The position numbers were made by a program, and so were the translations under genes. DNA of 64,000 nucleotides, taken from the NCBI GenBank assembly GCA_963792415.1, contig CAWBVY010000004.1, positions 128,001 through 192,000 of the forward strand, read 5' to 3'. The DNA comes from Candidatus Deferrimicrobiaceae bacterium (lineage in GTDB: Bacteria; Desulfobacterota; Deferrimicrobia; Deferrimicrobiales; Deferrimicrobiaceae). This document shows, piece by piece, positions 19,819 to 29,837 of the stretch (its first letter is position 1; each line of letters begins with the position of its first letter). A model generated the notes under the pieces. It saw only the letters and a program-made list of their open reading frames with translations, was not told the origin of the DNA and ran no database searches.

Positions 19819-20001
19819 CGCGGGATCCCCTGCGAGGAGGGCGACATCGGGCAGCGGCCGGAGGCGGTCGAGATCGTGATGAAACACAACGACGGGATGC
19901 GGAAGGTCCCCAACCTCGACGTCGAGGGTACCATCGTCTCCGGGGACGGTTTCAACGCCGCCCGGTTCGAGAGGGACCTGCGGGCAGCCGTCGCCCTCTG
20001 A
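19819..20001 (+). pseudogene. 5'-truncated glutaredoxin/NrdH-like remnant
   Basis: RGIPCEEGDIGQRPEAVEIVMKHNDGMRKVPNLDVEG; no CxxC in frame upstream. Confidence 0.55.
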
Positions 20002-20003
20002 CC

Positions 20004-20794
20004 TCAGAGCAGGAACCGGAGGACTTCCCGGTTGAAGTCGGCGGCGGTCTCCGCGAAGAGGCGGTGGGGGGCGCCGGGCAGCACGACCAGTGTCGCTCCG
20101 GGGATCCTTCCCGCGAGCCGAAGGGAATTCTCCCAATTCACGAGGCGGTCCGCGTCCCCCGTGATGACGAGCGTCCTCGCCCGGATCTTCCCGAGCCGCG
20201 ACGACGCGTCGTGGGTCACCGCGGCGGCGAGTTGCGCCTGGTACCCCTCCGGCGGCGTCGGGTGTTCCAGGCGTCTCCGGACGAACCCCTCGATCTCTTC
20301 GGGCCGCTCGCGGATGCACACGTCGGAATAGAGGAACGGGAGCATCCCCCGCAACTCCGCTTCCGGGTCCTCCCCCTTCGAAAGGGCGAACGCCGCCATC
20401 GCCTCCGGGGACGGCCGGAGCGAGAGTTCCCCCCCGGCCCGGTGCACCCCAGCACCAAGCCGTCCACCCGGTCCGGATGCCGCAGTGAAACCTCCTGCGC
20501 GATCATCCCCCCCAGGGAAACACCGAGAACGTGGGCCCGCGGGATGCCGAGAGCCCCCAGCAGCGCCGCCGCGTCGTCCGCCATCTGCGCCGTCGTGTAC
20601 GGCCCGGGCGGCACGTCGGTCCTCCCGGTTCCCCGGTTGTCGAAGACGAGCATCCGGAAACGCGCTTCGAACGCGGGGATCTGGTGGAGCCACTCGAGGT
20701 GATCGCTCCCCAGCCCGTTGATCAGCAGCAGCGGGAATCCGTCTCCGTGCTCCTCGTAATACATCCGGAACCCGGGGGCGTCGGTGTACGGCAT
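20004..20794 (-). pseudogene. Alpha/beta hydrolase with one frameshift in a G7 run (20429-20435)
   Basis: FDNRGTGRT and GVSLGG in one frame; LVITGDAD and GAPH in the other; one extra G restores the frame. Confidence 0.8.
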
Positions 20795-20908
20795 CGCGTG
20801 TGTCCCTCCCCGCTCGCTATTATAGACCCGACGGGGACAGTGCCAGGGTGGGAACGGCATACGTGCGGACGACGGGGCGGTTTCCCATCTTTCGGAAAAC
20901 ACAAGGGA

Positions 20909-20945
20909 CCGAAGGCCCGCAGGGATGCACCTCGCGGGCCTTCGG
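20909..20945 (-). terminator. Hairpin downstream of the CMD gene
   Basis: CCGAAGGCCCGC/GCGGGCCTTCGG 12-bp stem; weak U tract. Confidence 0.5.
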
Positions 20946-20959
20946 CACGTCCGGCGGTA

Positions 20960-21355
20960 CTACGCGGCCTTGTTCATATTCTTGCGGACATGGTCACAGG
21001 CCGCAAGGACCTCCTTGTGGAACTTGTCGTAGTTGATCTGCATTCCGTTGATGTAGGTGCTCCACCCTGCCGTCGACTTCGCGTAGTGCACCGCATCCTC
21101 GATCTCCGCGTCGGTGGCCCCGTTCAGCTTCGCCAGTTCCGTGTGGTACACGGAGCAGTACCGGCACTTGGTGACCGCCGAGATGGCGACACCGATCAGC
21201 TCCCGGTATTTGTTCGGGATCGGCCCCTCCTCGATCTGCACCCGTTTGAACAGTTCCCATTCGAGACGGAGAGACGAATCCGGCACGAGTTTGAAGAAGC
21301 TGGGAACCAGGCCGAACATCCCCTCGATCTCCTTGTAAACCTCTTTCCGGCTCAT
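20960..21355 (-). CDS. Carboxymuconolactone decarboxylase/AhpD-family protein
   Basis: RELIGVAISAVTKCRYCSVYH; AAGGAGG RBS. Confidence 0.92.
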   Translation of the reverse strand: MSRKEVYKEIEGMFGLVPSFFKLVPDSSLRLEWELFKRVQIEEGPIPNKYRELIGVAISAVTKCRYCSVYHTELAKLNGATDAEIEDAVHYAKSTAGWSTYINGMQINYDKFHKEVLAACDHVRKNMNKAA

Positions 21356-21509
21356 ACCGCACCTCCTTGCGTATCCTGGGATTGCTTGGATGGTTGCCGT
21401 CCTTTATTGATAATATTGTCTCGCAATAGCCGCAGTTTTGAACCATCCCCTGGTGTTTTCCGCCGGCCCCGGGGCCAGTGGCAAGGGTGCGGGCCTATAA
21501 TGAAAGCCG

Positions 21510-23166
21510 ATGGACGCCTTTCTCCTCAAACAGGTGATCGCGGAGTTCTCGGCGGAGATTCCCGGAGCGCTGGTCTCGAAGGTCCACCAGCCGGGGGAGA
21601 AGGAGATCGTCCTCGAATTGTGGGGGCGGGGGGAGAAGCGGCTGCTCTTGTCCGCCGACCCGGAACTGTGCCGGATCCACCTCACGACGCGCAGGACACC
21701 GAACCCGCCGTCGCCGCCCCGCTTCTGCCAGTTCCTCAGGAAGCACCTGGAGGGGATGCGGATCGCGGGGTTTTCCGTCGGCCCGTTCGATCGTTCCGTG
21801 CGGATCGACTTCGTCTCCGGGCGCCCGGATGCGGAGCACGAGAAGACCTCCCTCCACGCCGAACTGTTCGGCCGCCACGCCAACCTGATCTACGTGGACG
21901 GCGACGGGACGATCCTCGAACCGCTGCGCACGGTGTCCGACGAGGAGAGCCGGGTCCGGGAGGTGGTCCCCGGGATCCCGTACCGCCCGTTGCCCAGGCC
22001 CGCGCGCGTCTTCCTGCCCGAGGTGACGCGGGACGATGCCGCCCGGATCTTTGGAGGCGGGTGGGCGGGGATCCCGAAAGCGCTGCAGGAAAACGTCGCC
22101 GGCCTTGGGCGGGAAGTCGCGCACGACGCTGCGACGCGGGGACAGGAAAGCCCCGATGCGCTGCACGAAGTCCTGCGCGACCTCGTCCGACGGTACGAGG
22201 AGAGCGACTTCTCCCCCGGGATCGGGACACTCGCCGGCGGGAAGCGGCGGATCCTTCCCTTTCCCTGCCCTGCAGCGGGTTTCGTCGAGTTTCTCCCCTT
22301 TCCCACCGCCAACGCGGCGGCGGACGCCTACTACGCGGAAATCGCGCAGGCGCGGGAAATCGCCATCCTCCGGCAGCAGGTCAAATCCCGGATCGCCGCG
22401 CTCCTGAAGAAGGAGCGCCACAAGCTGGAAAACGTGGGGGGGGACGAGGAACGGCTCGTCGAGGCGCTGCAGGGGACCATGCGCGGAGAGACGCTGAAGG
22501 AGAACCTCGGGGCACTGAAGAAGGGGATGGATTCCTTCCGGAACATCCCGCTCGATCCCGCGAAGACCCCCGTGGAGAACATGAACCGGTACTTCCGCCT
22601 CGCCCGGAAGGCGAAGGGAGCGACGGAGATTGTCCGGAAGCGAAAGCGCGAAGTCGCAGAATCCGTCTACTACCTCGAGTCGCTCGAGGACCAGCTCGAG
22701 GCCTCGCGGACGCGGGACGACGTGATCGGCGTGCGGCAGGAGCTCTCCTCCTCCTTCCCCTCGAGGGTGAGACCGGTCCGCAAAAATGAGAAGTGCGCGG
22801 AAGGACACTCCCCGGCCCGTCATCCCGCAGGTGGAGAAGCTTGAGTTTCGTGGCTACGCGATCCTGGTGGGGCGCAACAACGTCGGGAACGACAAGATCG
22901 TGAAGGAGCTCTCCGCCCCCGACGACCTGTGGCTGCACGCGCAGGGGATCCCGGGAAGCCATGTGCTGGTGAAGCGCCCCGCCGGAAAGGAGGTTCCCCG
23001 CGAAGTGATCGAGGAAGCGGCGCGATTGGCGGTTCTCCACAGCAAGGCGAAGGGGTCGCGCAACGTCCCGGTCTTCCTCGCGGAGGCCCGCCACGTCTCC
23101 AAGTTCAAGGGGGCCAAACCCGGACTGGTCCGGATCGCGAAACATACCACCGTCTCGGTGCGTTGA
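21510..23166 (+). CDS. NFACT/RqcH (FbpA-like) ribosome quality-control protein, split by an apparent frameshift near 22782-22786
   Basis: NFACT-N (FCQFLRKHL, ELFGRHAN) ORF to 22844; NFACT-R (GRNN..ND, WLHAQGIPGSHV) ORF 22786-23166. Confidence 0.85.
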
Positions 23167-23262
23167 GCATTTTCAAGCACCCGTTCCATTTCTTACGACC
23201 CAGGATCGAACCCGCGGGCGAATTTGCACCCTGTGGAAAACTTTGGGGAAGGACACCGTAAT

Positions 23263-23296
23263 AAAAAACCCCCGGCGGGATGCCCGCCGGGGGTTT
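23263..23296 (-). terminator. Intrinsic terminator (possibly bidirectional) of the cold-shock gene
   Basis: AAAAAACCCCCGGCGGG-ATG-CCCGCCGGGGGTTT. Confidence 0.85.
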
Positions 23297-23336
23297 GCTG
23301 ATTCCCGGGTTCTTCACCCGGGGTCGTCAGGCGTGA

Positions 23337-23540
23337 TCAGGCCTTGCTGACGTTCGACGCCTGAGGCCCCTTGGGACCCTGGGTGATCTCGAACTGGACC
23401 TTGTCGCCCTCCGCGAGGCTCTTGAAGCCCTCGGACTTGATGGCGCTGAAGTGAACGAACACATCCGGCCCACCGTTCTCTTGGCTGATGAATCCGAACC
23501 CCTTTGCGTCATTGAACCACTTCACTGTACCTGTTTCCAA
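23337..23540 (-). CDS. Cold-shock protein
   Basis: [24 protein letters not shown]. Confidence 0.97.
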   Translation of the reverse strand: METGTVKWFNDAKGFGFISQENGGPDVFVHFSAIKSEGFKSLAEGDKVQFEITQGPKGPQASNVSKA

Positions 23541-23626
23541 AACAGTCCCCCAAAAAAATGTTCTTGCTCAACCCAGGCAACAAGGCCCAAATCGACCAGA
23601 ACCATTACACTACCACAATCCGTACG

Positions 23627-23655
23627 ACAATAGATACAACAATTATTTATGGCAA
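23627..23655 (-). promoter_or_regulatory. Sigma70-type promoter of the csp gene
   Basis: TTGCCA-N17-TATTGT in an AT-rich stretch. Confidence 0.6.
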
Positions 23656-23682
23656 CCTGAACCGCGCGACTCGAATTCCCCC

Positions 23683-25302
23683 CTATTCGTTCGATCGGTT
23701 CGTGATCGGCATCCGGCGATCCTTCCCCAGGGCGCGGGGGGTGATCTTGACGCCGGGCGGGGCCTGGCGGCGCTTGTACTCGCTCCGGTCCACCAGCGTC
23801 ACGACGCGCCGCACGACATCTTCCGGGTACCCCGCCGCCACCATCTCCGTCACGCCCTTGTCCCCCTCCACGTACATCTTCAGGATCGGATCGAGGAGAT
23901 CGTACTCGGGAAGGGAGTCGGAGTCCTTCTGGTCGGGCCGAAGCTCCGCCGAGGGGGGCTTGGTCAGAACCCGGGCCGGGATCACGTCCCGCCCGCGGCT
24001 TTCGTTATACCGGCGGGACACGCGGTACACCATCGTCTTGAAGACGTCCTTGATGACCGCGAAGCCGCCGGCCATGTCGCCGTAGAGCGTCGCGTACCCC
24101 ACGCTCATCTCGCTCTTGTTCCCGGTCGTCAGCACGATCTCCCCGAACTTGTTGGAGAGGGCCATCAGGATCGTCCCGCGGATGCGCGCCTGGAGATTTT
24201 CCTCCGTCGTATCCTCCGCCCGGCCCGCGAACGGCTCCGCCAGGGTCCGCCCGAACGCCTCGAACGCGTCGCCGATCGAGAGGTCGAGGCACCGGATGCC
24301 GAGATTCGACGCCAGCGCGTGCGCGTCCTCCACGCTTTCCGGCGAGGTGAAGGGGGACGACAGCGTCACTCCGAGCACCCGGGAGGGACCGAGCGCCTCG
24401 GCCGCCACCGCCGCCACCAGCGAGGAATCGATCCCCCCGGACAACCCGATGATCGCACCGGGGAACCGGTTCTTCTCCACGTAATCGCGGGTCCCCAGGA
24501 CGAGCGCCCGGAAGATCTCCTCCTCGATCGGCGGGATCGGCGCCACAGGCCCGCCCTCGGACGATCCCCCGATCTCGCACAGCAGCAGTTCCTCGGAAAA
24601 CATCGCCGCCCGCGCGATCACCCCGCCCCTCGCCGCGACCACCATGCTCCCGCCGTCGAAGACCAGCTCGTCCTGGCCCCCCACAAGGTTGCAGTACGCC
24701 ACGGGAAGGCCCGTCCGCCGCGCGTGCTCGGCCACGAGGTCCCGCCGCTCCTCCCACTTCCCCGCGTGGTACGGCGACGCCGAGATGTTGAGGATCAGGT
24801 CCGCCCCCTCCCTCGCCTCCCGACCCACCGGCCCCCGGCGCACCCAGATGTCCTCGCAGATCGTGATCCCTGCGCGGGCGTCGCCCACCGGAAAAATCAT
24901 CGGCTCCGTCCCCCGGCGGAAGTAGCGCATCTCGTCGAAGACGCCGTAGTTGGGAAGGTGCATCTTCCGGTAGACGCCCAGCGCGTGCCCGTCCGCCGCC
25001 ACGCCGGCGGCGTTGCACACCCGCCCCCTGCCGTCCCGATCGACGAATCCGGCCACGACCGTCACGCCGCGGGAACTTCCCGCCACCTCCCGCCACGCCG
25101 CGAGGTTTTCCTCCACGAAGGAAGCACGCAGCAGCAGATCCTCCGGCGGGTAGCCGGGGAGGACCATCTCGGGAAAGACGACCAGGTTCGCCCCCGCCTC
25201 CCGGGCGCGGCCGCAGGCGGAAAGGACCTTCCGGACGTTTCCCGCGATGTCCCCGACGGTGGCGTTGACCTGTGCGAGGGCGAGGCGCAGCGGCTTTCCC
25301 AT
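23683..25302 (-). CDS. nadE: Glutamine-dependent NAD+ synthetase
   Basis: Nitrilase domain (FPE, RKMHLPNYGVFDE, ICED) plus GLSGGIDS, TGNKSE, YATLYGD. Confidence 0.96.
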   Translation of the reverse strand: MGKPLRLALAQVNATVGDIAGNVRKVLSACGRAREAGANLVVFPEMVLPGYPPEDLLLRASFVEENLAAWREVAGSSRGVTVVAGFVDRDGRGRVCNAAGVAADGHALGVYRKMHLPNYGVFDEMRYFRRGTEPMIFPVGDARAGITICEDIWVRRGPVGREAREGADLILNISASPYHAGKWEERRDLVAEHARRTGLPVAYCNLVGGQDELVFDGGSMVVAARGGVIARAAMFSEELLLCEIGGSSEGGPVAPIPPIEEEIFRALVLGTRDYVEKNRFPGAIIGLSGGIDSSLVAAVAAEALGPSRVLGVTLSSPFTSPESVEDAHALASNLGIRCLDLSIGDAFEAFGRTLAEPFAGRAEDTTEENLQARIRGTILMALSNKFGEIVLTTGNKSEMSVGYATLYGDMAGGFAVIKDVFKTMVYRVSRRYNESRGRDVIPARVLTKPPSAELRPDQKDSDSLPEYDLLDPILKMYVEGDKGVTEMVAAGYPEDVVRRVVTLVDRSEYKRRQAPPGVKITPRALGKDRRMPITNRSNE

Positions 25303-25371
25303 ACCGCCATTCTCTTCGAAAGCGGCCCAAGGGGGAAGCCCCGGATCGCCTGTGGTAAAATTCCCTCTTCC

Positions 25372-26547
25372 ATGTCCTCTCCCTCCACCCGCCTCTACAG
25401 TCGCGACTACGTCCTGCTGAACGCGGTGAATTTCCTCTACTCCCTGTACTCCGTGATCTTCATCTTCCTCCCCGCGTACATGTACCGCCTTGGAATCCGC
25501 GAGGGGGCGATCGGCGTGCTGATGGCGACGGGGGCGCTCGTGTCGGTCGCCCTGAAGCCCGGGCTCGGGATGGTGGTAGGGCGTGGGGCACGGCGGACCT
25601 TCCTGTCGCTCGGAGCGTTCCTGGCCGCCGCGTCGACGGTGCCGTGGCTCTTCGTGACCGCTCCGGGGGCGCACCTGTTCCTCATCCGCGTGGCGCAGGG
25701 GGCGTCCTTCTCCATATTCACCGCCGCGTCGTACGCCTACATCGCCGCCTCCGCGCCGCCTGCGCGCCGCGCGGAGGCGCTGGGGATCTTCGGGCTCTCC
25801 TTCTTCCTCCCCGTGTCGGTGGGCGGGTGGATCGGGGAGTGGGTGATCGGCCGGGCCGGGTTCCCGGGCCTGTTCGCGGCGGGGATCGGGGTCGCCTTCC
25901 TGGCCGCCCTCTTCCCGCTCGGGATGCGCGAGCCGGCTGCGCGGGAACACCCGTCGATCGGCTCCCTGAAGGTCTTCCTCTCCCGGACCTTCCTCCTGCC
26001 CAACACGGCGGGGTACCTCTTCGGGGTGGCGTACGGGGTGATCTTCACCTTCCTCCCCGTCTACCTCGTCGTGCGGGGATCGGGGTCCATCGGGGCGTTC
26101 GTGTTCTTCTATGCCCTGGCGGTCATCGGGACGCGGACACTCGGGCGAAAAATGCTCGACCGGCTGCCGCGGGAGTGGGTCTCCCTGTGCGCCCTGCTCC
26201 TGATGGGCGCGGGGAATCTCCTGATTCCCGCGTTTCCCGGCAAGGTGGGGATCGTCCTGGTGGGCGCGGCGGCGGGGGCGGGACACGGTCTTCTCTTTCC
26301 CGCCCTGTCGGCCCTGGTGCTCGACCGGGTTGGGGGGGGCTCGATGGCAATGGCGATGGCGATGTTCACCGCCGCCTTCGACATGGGGCTCGTCACCGGC
26401 GCGGCCGCCTTCGGCTTCGTGGCCGAACGGTTCGGGTACGAAGCGATGTTCATCACGGCCGCCGCAGTGGTGGGCTCGGGAACCGCCGCCTTCTTCGTCC
26501 TGGACCCCGCGTTCAGGAGAGCAGCGCGTCCCGGACCCGCGCCATGA
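25372..26547 (+). CDS. MFS transporter
   Basis: About 12 hydrophobic segments, PPARRAEALG motif. Confidence 0.9.
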   Translation: MSSPSTRLYSRDYVLLNAVNFLYSLYSVIFIFLPAYMYRLGIREGAIGVLMATGALVSVALKPGLGMVVGRGARRTFLSLGAFLAAASTVPWLFVTAPGAHLFLIRVAQGASFSIFTAASYAYIAASAPPARRAEALGIFGLSFFLPVSVGGWIGEWVIGRAGFPGLFAAGIGVAFLAALFPLGMREPAAREHPSIGSLKVFLSRTFLLPNTAGYLFGVAYGVIFTFLPVYLVVRGSGSIGAFVFFYALAVIGTRTLGRKMLDRLPREWVSLCALLLMGAGNLLIPAFPGKVGIVLVGAAAGAGHGLLFPALSALVLDRVGGGSMAMAMAMFTAAFDMGLVTGAAAFGFVAERFGYEAMFITAAAVVGSGTAAFFVLDPAFRRAARPGPAP

Positions 26548-27226
26548 GCTCCGGGACGTCGCCCTCCGTCTTCCCCTCCGTCGGGATCGGGTCGAACAGC
26601 TCGACCACGACGTGTCCGGGGCGGACGCGCAGCGAGCCCGGGGGGACGATTTCGTGGCTCCCCGACACGCGGACCGGGACGATCGGAAGCCCCGACTGAA
26701 GCGCGATGTGGAAGCCGCCTTTCTTCAGCGGCTGCAGCTTCCCGTCTTTGCTGCGCGTCCCTTCGACGTAGATGAGGACGGAGTTGTTCCCCGCGAGCGC
26801 CCCCGCCGCGTTCGAAAGCGCGGTTCTCGACTGCATCGCGTTTCGCCGGTCCACCATGATCTGCCCCAGGGACAGGAGCACCCACCCGAAGACCGGGATC
26901 TTCGAGAGCTCCTTCTTGAAGACCCAGTGGAGCGGGTGCGGGATCGATACCGCCAGCGCGAGGGAGTCGACGTGGCTCGCGTGGTTCGACATGAAGACGT
27001 ACGGGGCGCTCCGGTCCACGCGGGAGACGCCGCGCGTCTCGACGGTGACGCCCAAGACCGGCAGGAGAATCCTTGAGTAGCTCTTCGTCACCCAGCGGAA
27101 AACCCTCCCCTTTCGGCTCTGGCCCGGGACGAGCAGGCCGACGACGATCGCCGGCAGCCCGACAACCAGGGTGGCCAGTCCGATGGCCACCATCTGGAAT
27201 ACCGTGCGAACCGTCACGCGACGCAC
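26513..27226 (-). CDS. 1-acyl-sn-glycerol-3-phosphate acyltransferase (PlsC family)
   Basis: NHASHVD, YVEGTRS, PIVPV. Confidence 0.92.
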   Translation of the reverse strand: MRRVTVRTVFQMVAIGLATLVVGLPAIVVGLLVPGQSRKGRVFRWVTKSYSRILLPVLGVTVETRGVSRVDRSAPYVFMSNHASHVDSLALAVSIPHPLHWVFKKELSKIPVFGWVLLSLGQIMVDRRNAMQSRTALSNAAGALAGNNSVLIYVEGTRSKDGKLQPLKKGGFHIALQSGLPIVPVRVSGSHEIVPPGSLRVRPGHVVVELFDPIPTEGKTEGDVPELMARVRDALLS

Positions 27227-27389
27227 CCTTTTCCCCTTCGGCGGAGCCGCCGCAGGAGGGGGGGCGCCCCACCACGAGCTTCGCGTCGGTGGGGTACCCC
27301 CACTGCAGGAAGAACGGGGGGCACAACCGAGGGGTGAGTCCCGGAGGCGCACCACCTTCCGGGATCGCTCTTTGGATTCGTTGCCATAT

Positions 27390-28088
27390 TTATGAGACGC
27401 GGCACTTCGTGTTCCGCGCGCCTTCCGGGCACACCGTCAGGAGCGGGCATTCCGCGCAGAGCGGGTTGCGGGGGCGGCAAACTTCCCGCCCGAGGCGGAT
27501 GAGGTTGAGGTGCAGCGGCCCATGGTCCCCGGATTCCACGTGCGGCTCGAGGGAGAGGGCGGCCTTCGCGAGGTCCGCCGCGCCTGGGACCAGCCCGAGA
27601 CGCTTCGTCACCCGCAGGACGTGGGTGTCCACGGGGAAGGCGGGCATGCCGAACGAGAACAGGAGCAGGATGTTCGCCGTCTTCACCCCCACCCCGGGGA
27701 AGGAGGTGAGGTACTCCCTCGCATCGGGAAGCGGCATCCCCCGAAGGAAGTCGAGGGAGTAGGCGCCCCGCTCTTCCCGGATCCGCGCCAGCGCGCCGAG
27801 GATCGCCTTCGCCTTCGCCTTTGCGAGCCCACCCACCCGGATCGCCTCCTCGAGCTCCGGTGCCGGCGCGTCCGCAAGCGCGGGGAGCGTGGGGAACCGT
27901 TCCACCAGGAGGTCGTAGGCGCGGTCGCGGTTGGCGTCGGTGGTGTTCTGCGAGAGGATCGTCAGGACGAGGTTGCGGACCGGCTCGGTCTCGTGGACGC
28001 AGATTTCCGGCCGGCCGAACCGGCCGGCGAGCATGCCGGAGACCTTCCGAAGACGCGCGGAAAGCCCGCGGACCGCCCCCGCCATCAT
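27390..28088 (-). CDS. Endonuclease III-family HhH-GPD glycosylase
   Basis: ILSQNTTD, FPGVGVKTA, VDTHV, CRPRNPLCAECPLLTVC. Confidence 0.92.
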   Translation of the reverse strand: MMAGAVRGLSARLRKVSGMLAGRFGRPEICVHETEPVRNLVLTILSQNTTDANRDRAYDLLVERFPTLPALADAPAPELEEAIRVGGLAKAKAKAILGALARIREERGAYSLDFLRGMPLPDAREYLTSFPGVGVKTANILLLFSFGMPAFPVDTHVLRVTKRLGLVPGAADLAKAALSLEPHVESGDHGPLHLNLIRLGREVCRPRNPLCAECPLLTVCPEGARNTKCRVS

Positions 28089-28348
28089 GCGCCCCCTTCT
28101 TCGGGAAGAGAACGGACGACCCGCAGCCCCTCGGGCGTCAGGCGCACCGCGGGCTGCAGCTCCCAATACTCGATCAATCCTTTCGCGCGCAGCGCGGCCA
28201 CCGCCTCGGAGATCTCCCACCGCTCCAGCCCCGCCTCCTCGTCCAGCCCTTTCACGGCCGGCGCGGCGCCGGGCCCGATCTCGCGATAGAACGCGAGCAG
28301 GCAAAGGAGGAGCTTCCGCTCGCCGTCGGACAGGTGCGCATCGCTCAC
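28085..28348 (-). CDS. Small hypothetical protein (winged-helix-like)
   Basis: Overlaps both neighbours by 4 nt; typical codon usage. Confidence 0.7.
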   Translation of the reverse strand: MSDAHLSDGERKLLLCLLAFYREIGPGAAPAVKGLDEEAGLERWEISEAVAALRAKGLIEYWELQPAVRLTPEGLRVVRSLPEEGGA

Positions 28349-28653
28349 TGCGCTTTTGCCGTGGGCGGAGGGGTCAATTTTTCGACGGTTTTCCTGAGAT
28401 CGCCGGCCTCGGCCTCGAGCTCCCGGATCCGCTTCGCCGCCGCCGAGGCTTCCGACCTGCGGCGGAAGGACCCGGGAAGCCCTGCGAGCCAGCCCCCCAG
28501 CACGCCGGCCCCGAAGCCGGCGACGATCAGTACCAGCAGCGAGGTGTCCCCGCGGAACTGCATGAACTTGACCGTGATGATGCCGGGGTTCTGCACGGCG
28601 AAGGCCGCCACGAGTGCGAGCAGTGCGATGAGCACGATCATGGAAAACTTCAT
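28345..28653 (-). CDS. LapA-family membrane protein
   Basis: FAVQN motif, two TMs, C-terminal coiled coil. Confidence 0.88.
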   Translation of the reverse strand: MKFSMIVLIALLALVAAFAVQNPGIITVKFMQFRGDTSLLVLIVAGFGAGVLGGWLAGLPGSFRRRSEASAAAKRIRELEAEAGDLRKTVEKLTPPPTAKAQ

Positions 28654-28680
28654 GGATTTCCCCCTTTCATCCTTGAGATT

Positions 28681-29682
28681 TCACCCCTTCCGCCCCGCTG
28701 TCGCATTTTTCCCGTCCCGTTCGGGGCTGTGAAGGTCGGCGATCATCCCCTTCACGCGGGCGCACGTGTCGGGACCCGGGCACTCGACCTCGCACGGGTC
28801 GATGTGGGTCACCACGTGGGCGTTCCCCAGGATCTCCCGGATCTCCATCTCGAGGTGGTCCGCCACCCGGTGGGCCTGCTCCAGCGAATGCTCGCGGCAC
28901 ACCACCACGTGGAAATCGACCTGCTTCTCGGACCCGGAGCGCCGCGTCCGCAGATCGTGCCAGTCCACCACCATCGGCCGGTGGGCCTCGATGATCGCCG
29001 TGACCCGCGCCACCGTCTCCGGGGGGAGCTGGTGGTCCATCAGGTCCTGCACCGCGCCTTTCAGCAGCGGCACGGCGGCGGAAACGATGTAGACGCCCAC
29101 CACCAGGGCGACCCCCGGGTCCAGCCACTTCCACCCCGTGAACCTGTACAGCACGAGGGAGAAGAGGATACCGCCCCCGGAGTAGACGTCCGTCCGGAAG
29201 TGGAGGGCGTCGGCGGCAAGGGCCGTGGATCCCGTGGTCTCTCCCCCCTTTCGGATCCGCTCGGAGATGAACCAGGAGGCGACCACGGAGAAGACCATGA
29301 CGAGGATCCCCACGTCGAGCCCGATCCCCTCGGGGGCTCTTCCCACGCGCAGGCGCCGGATCGCCTCCAAAACCACTCCCGCCCCGGTGAGAGCGATCAC
29401 CATCCCCTGGAAAAGGGTGGAAAGCGTCTCCACCTTTCCGTGGCCGTACGGGTGGCTCTCGTCGGCGGGATCCATCGCCTTCCGGATCGACAGGAGGTTG
29501 ACCGACGACATGAAGATGTCCGCCACGTTGTCGAGGGCCGACGCGAGGACGCCGAGTGAGCCGGAGACGATCCCCACGGCGAACTTGAGGAGGCAGAGGG
29601 TGACGGCGCTCCCGAGGGAGAAACGGGCCGTCCGCAGGCGGAGCCGGCGGTTCTCCGGGGTACCGGCCGTGGTTTCCGGCAA
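28681..29682 (-). CDS. Cation diffusion facilitator (FieF-like); start uncertain
   Basis: ADESHPYGHGKVE, ADALHFRTD, DLRTRRSG, THIDPC. Confidence 0.92.
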   Translation of the reverse strand: MPETTAGTPENRRLRLRTARFSLGSAVTLCLLKFAVGIVSGSLGVLASALDNVADIFMSSVNLLSIRKAMDPADESHPYGHGKVETLSTLFQGMVIALTGAGVVLEAIRRLRVGRAPEGIGLDVGILVMVFSVVASWFISERIRKGGETTGSTALAADALHFRTDVYSGGGILFSLVLYRFTGWKWLDPGVALVVGVYIVSAAVPLLKGAVQDLMDHQLPPETVARVTAIIEAHRPMVVDWHDLRTRRSGSEKQVDFHVVVCREHSLEQAHRVADHLEMEIREILGNAHVVTHIDPCEVECPGPDTCARVKGMIADLHSPERDGKNATAGRKG

Positions 29683-29837
29683 GAGGGCGTGCGTCCTTTC
29701 CCCGGACGCGGCAGCGCCCGGCGAGTGGATACAGGGAATGGGACCCCGTTTCATGTGGTTGAAAGGATAGCACATCACGCCGGGTCCCATGCGCCGCGCC
29801 GGCCGGGGCCTGCGCGGCCCCGTGGTACAATCAAAAA

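Noticed and set aside
21400-21432. AT-rich TTATTGATAATATTGTCTCGCAATAG upstream of the CMD gene as a Fur/PerR box
   Set aside because: Only a partial palindrome; cannot be distinguished from divergent promoter sequence
27230-27365. SRP RNA or 6S RNA
   Set aside because: No SRP helix-8 motif (CAGG..GGAA..AGCAG) and no 6S-like long rod with central bubble that I can support
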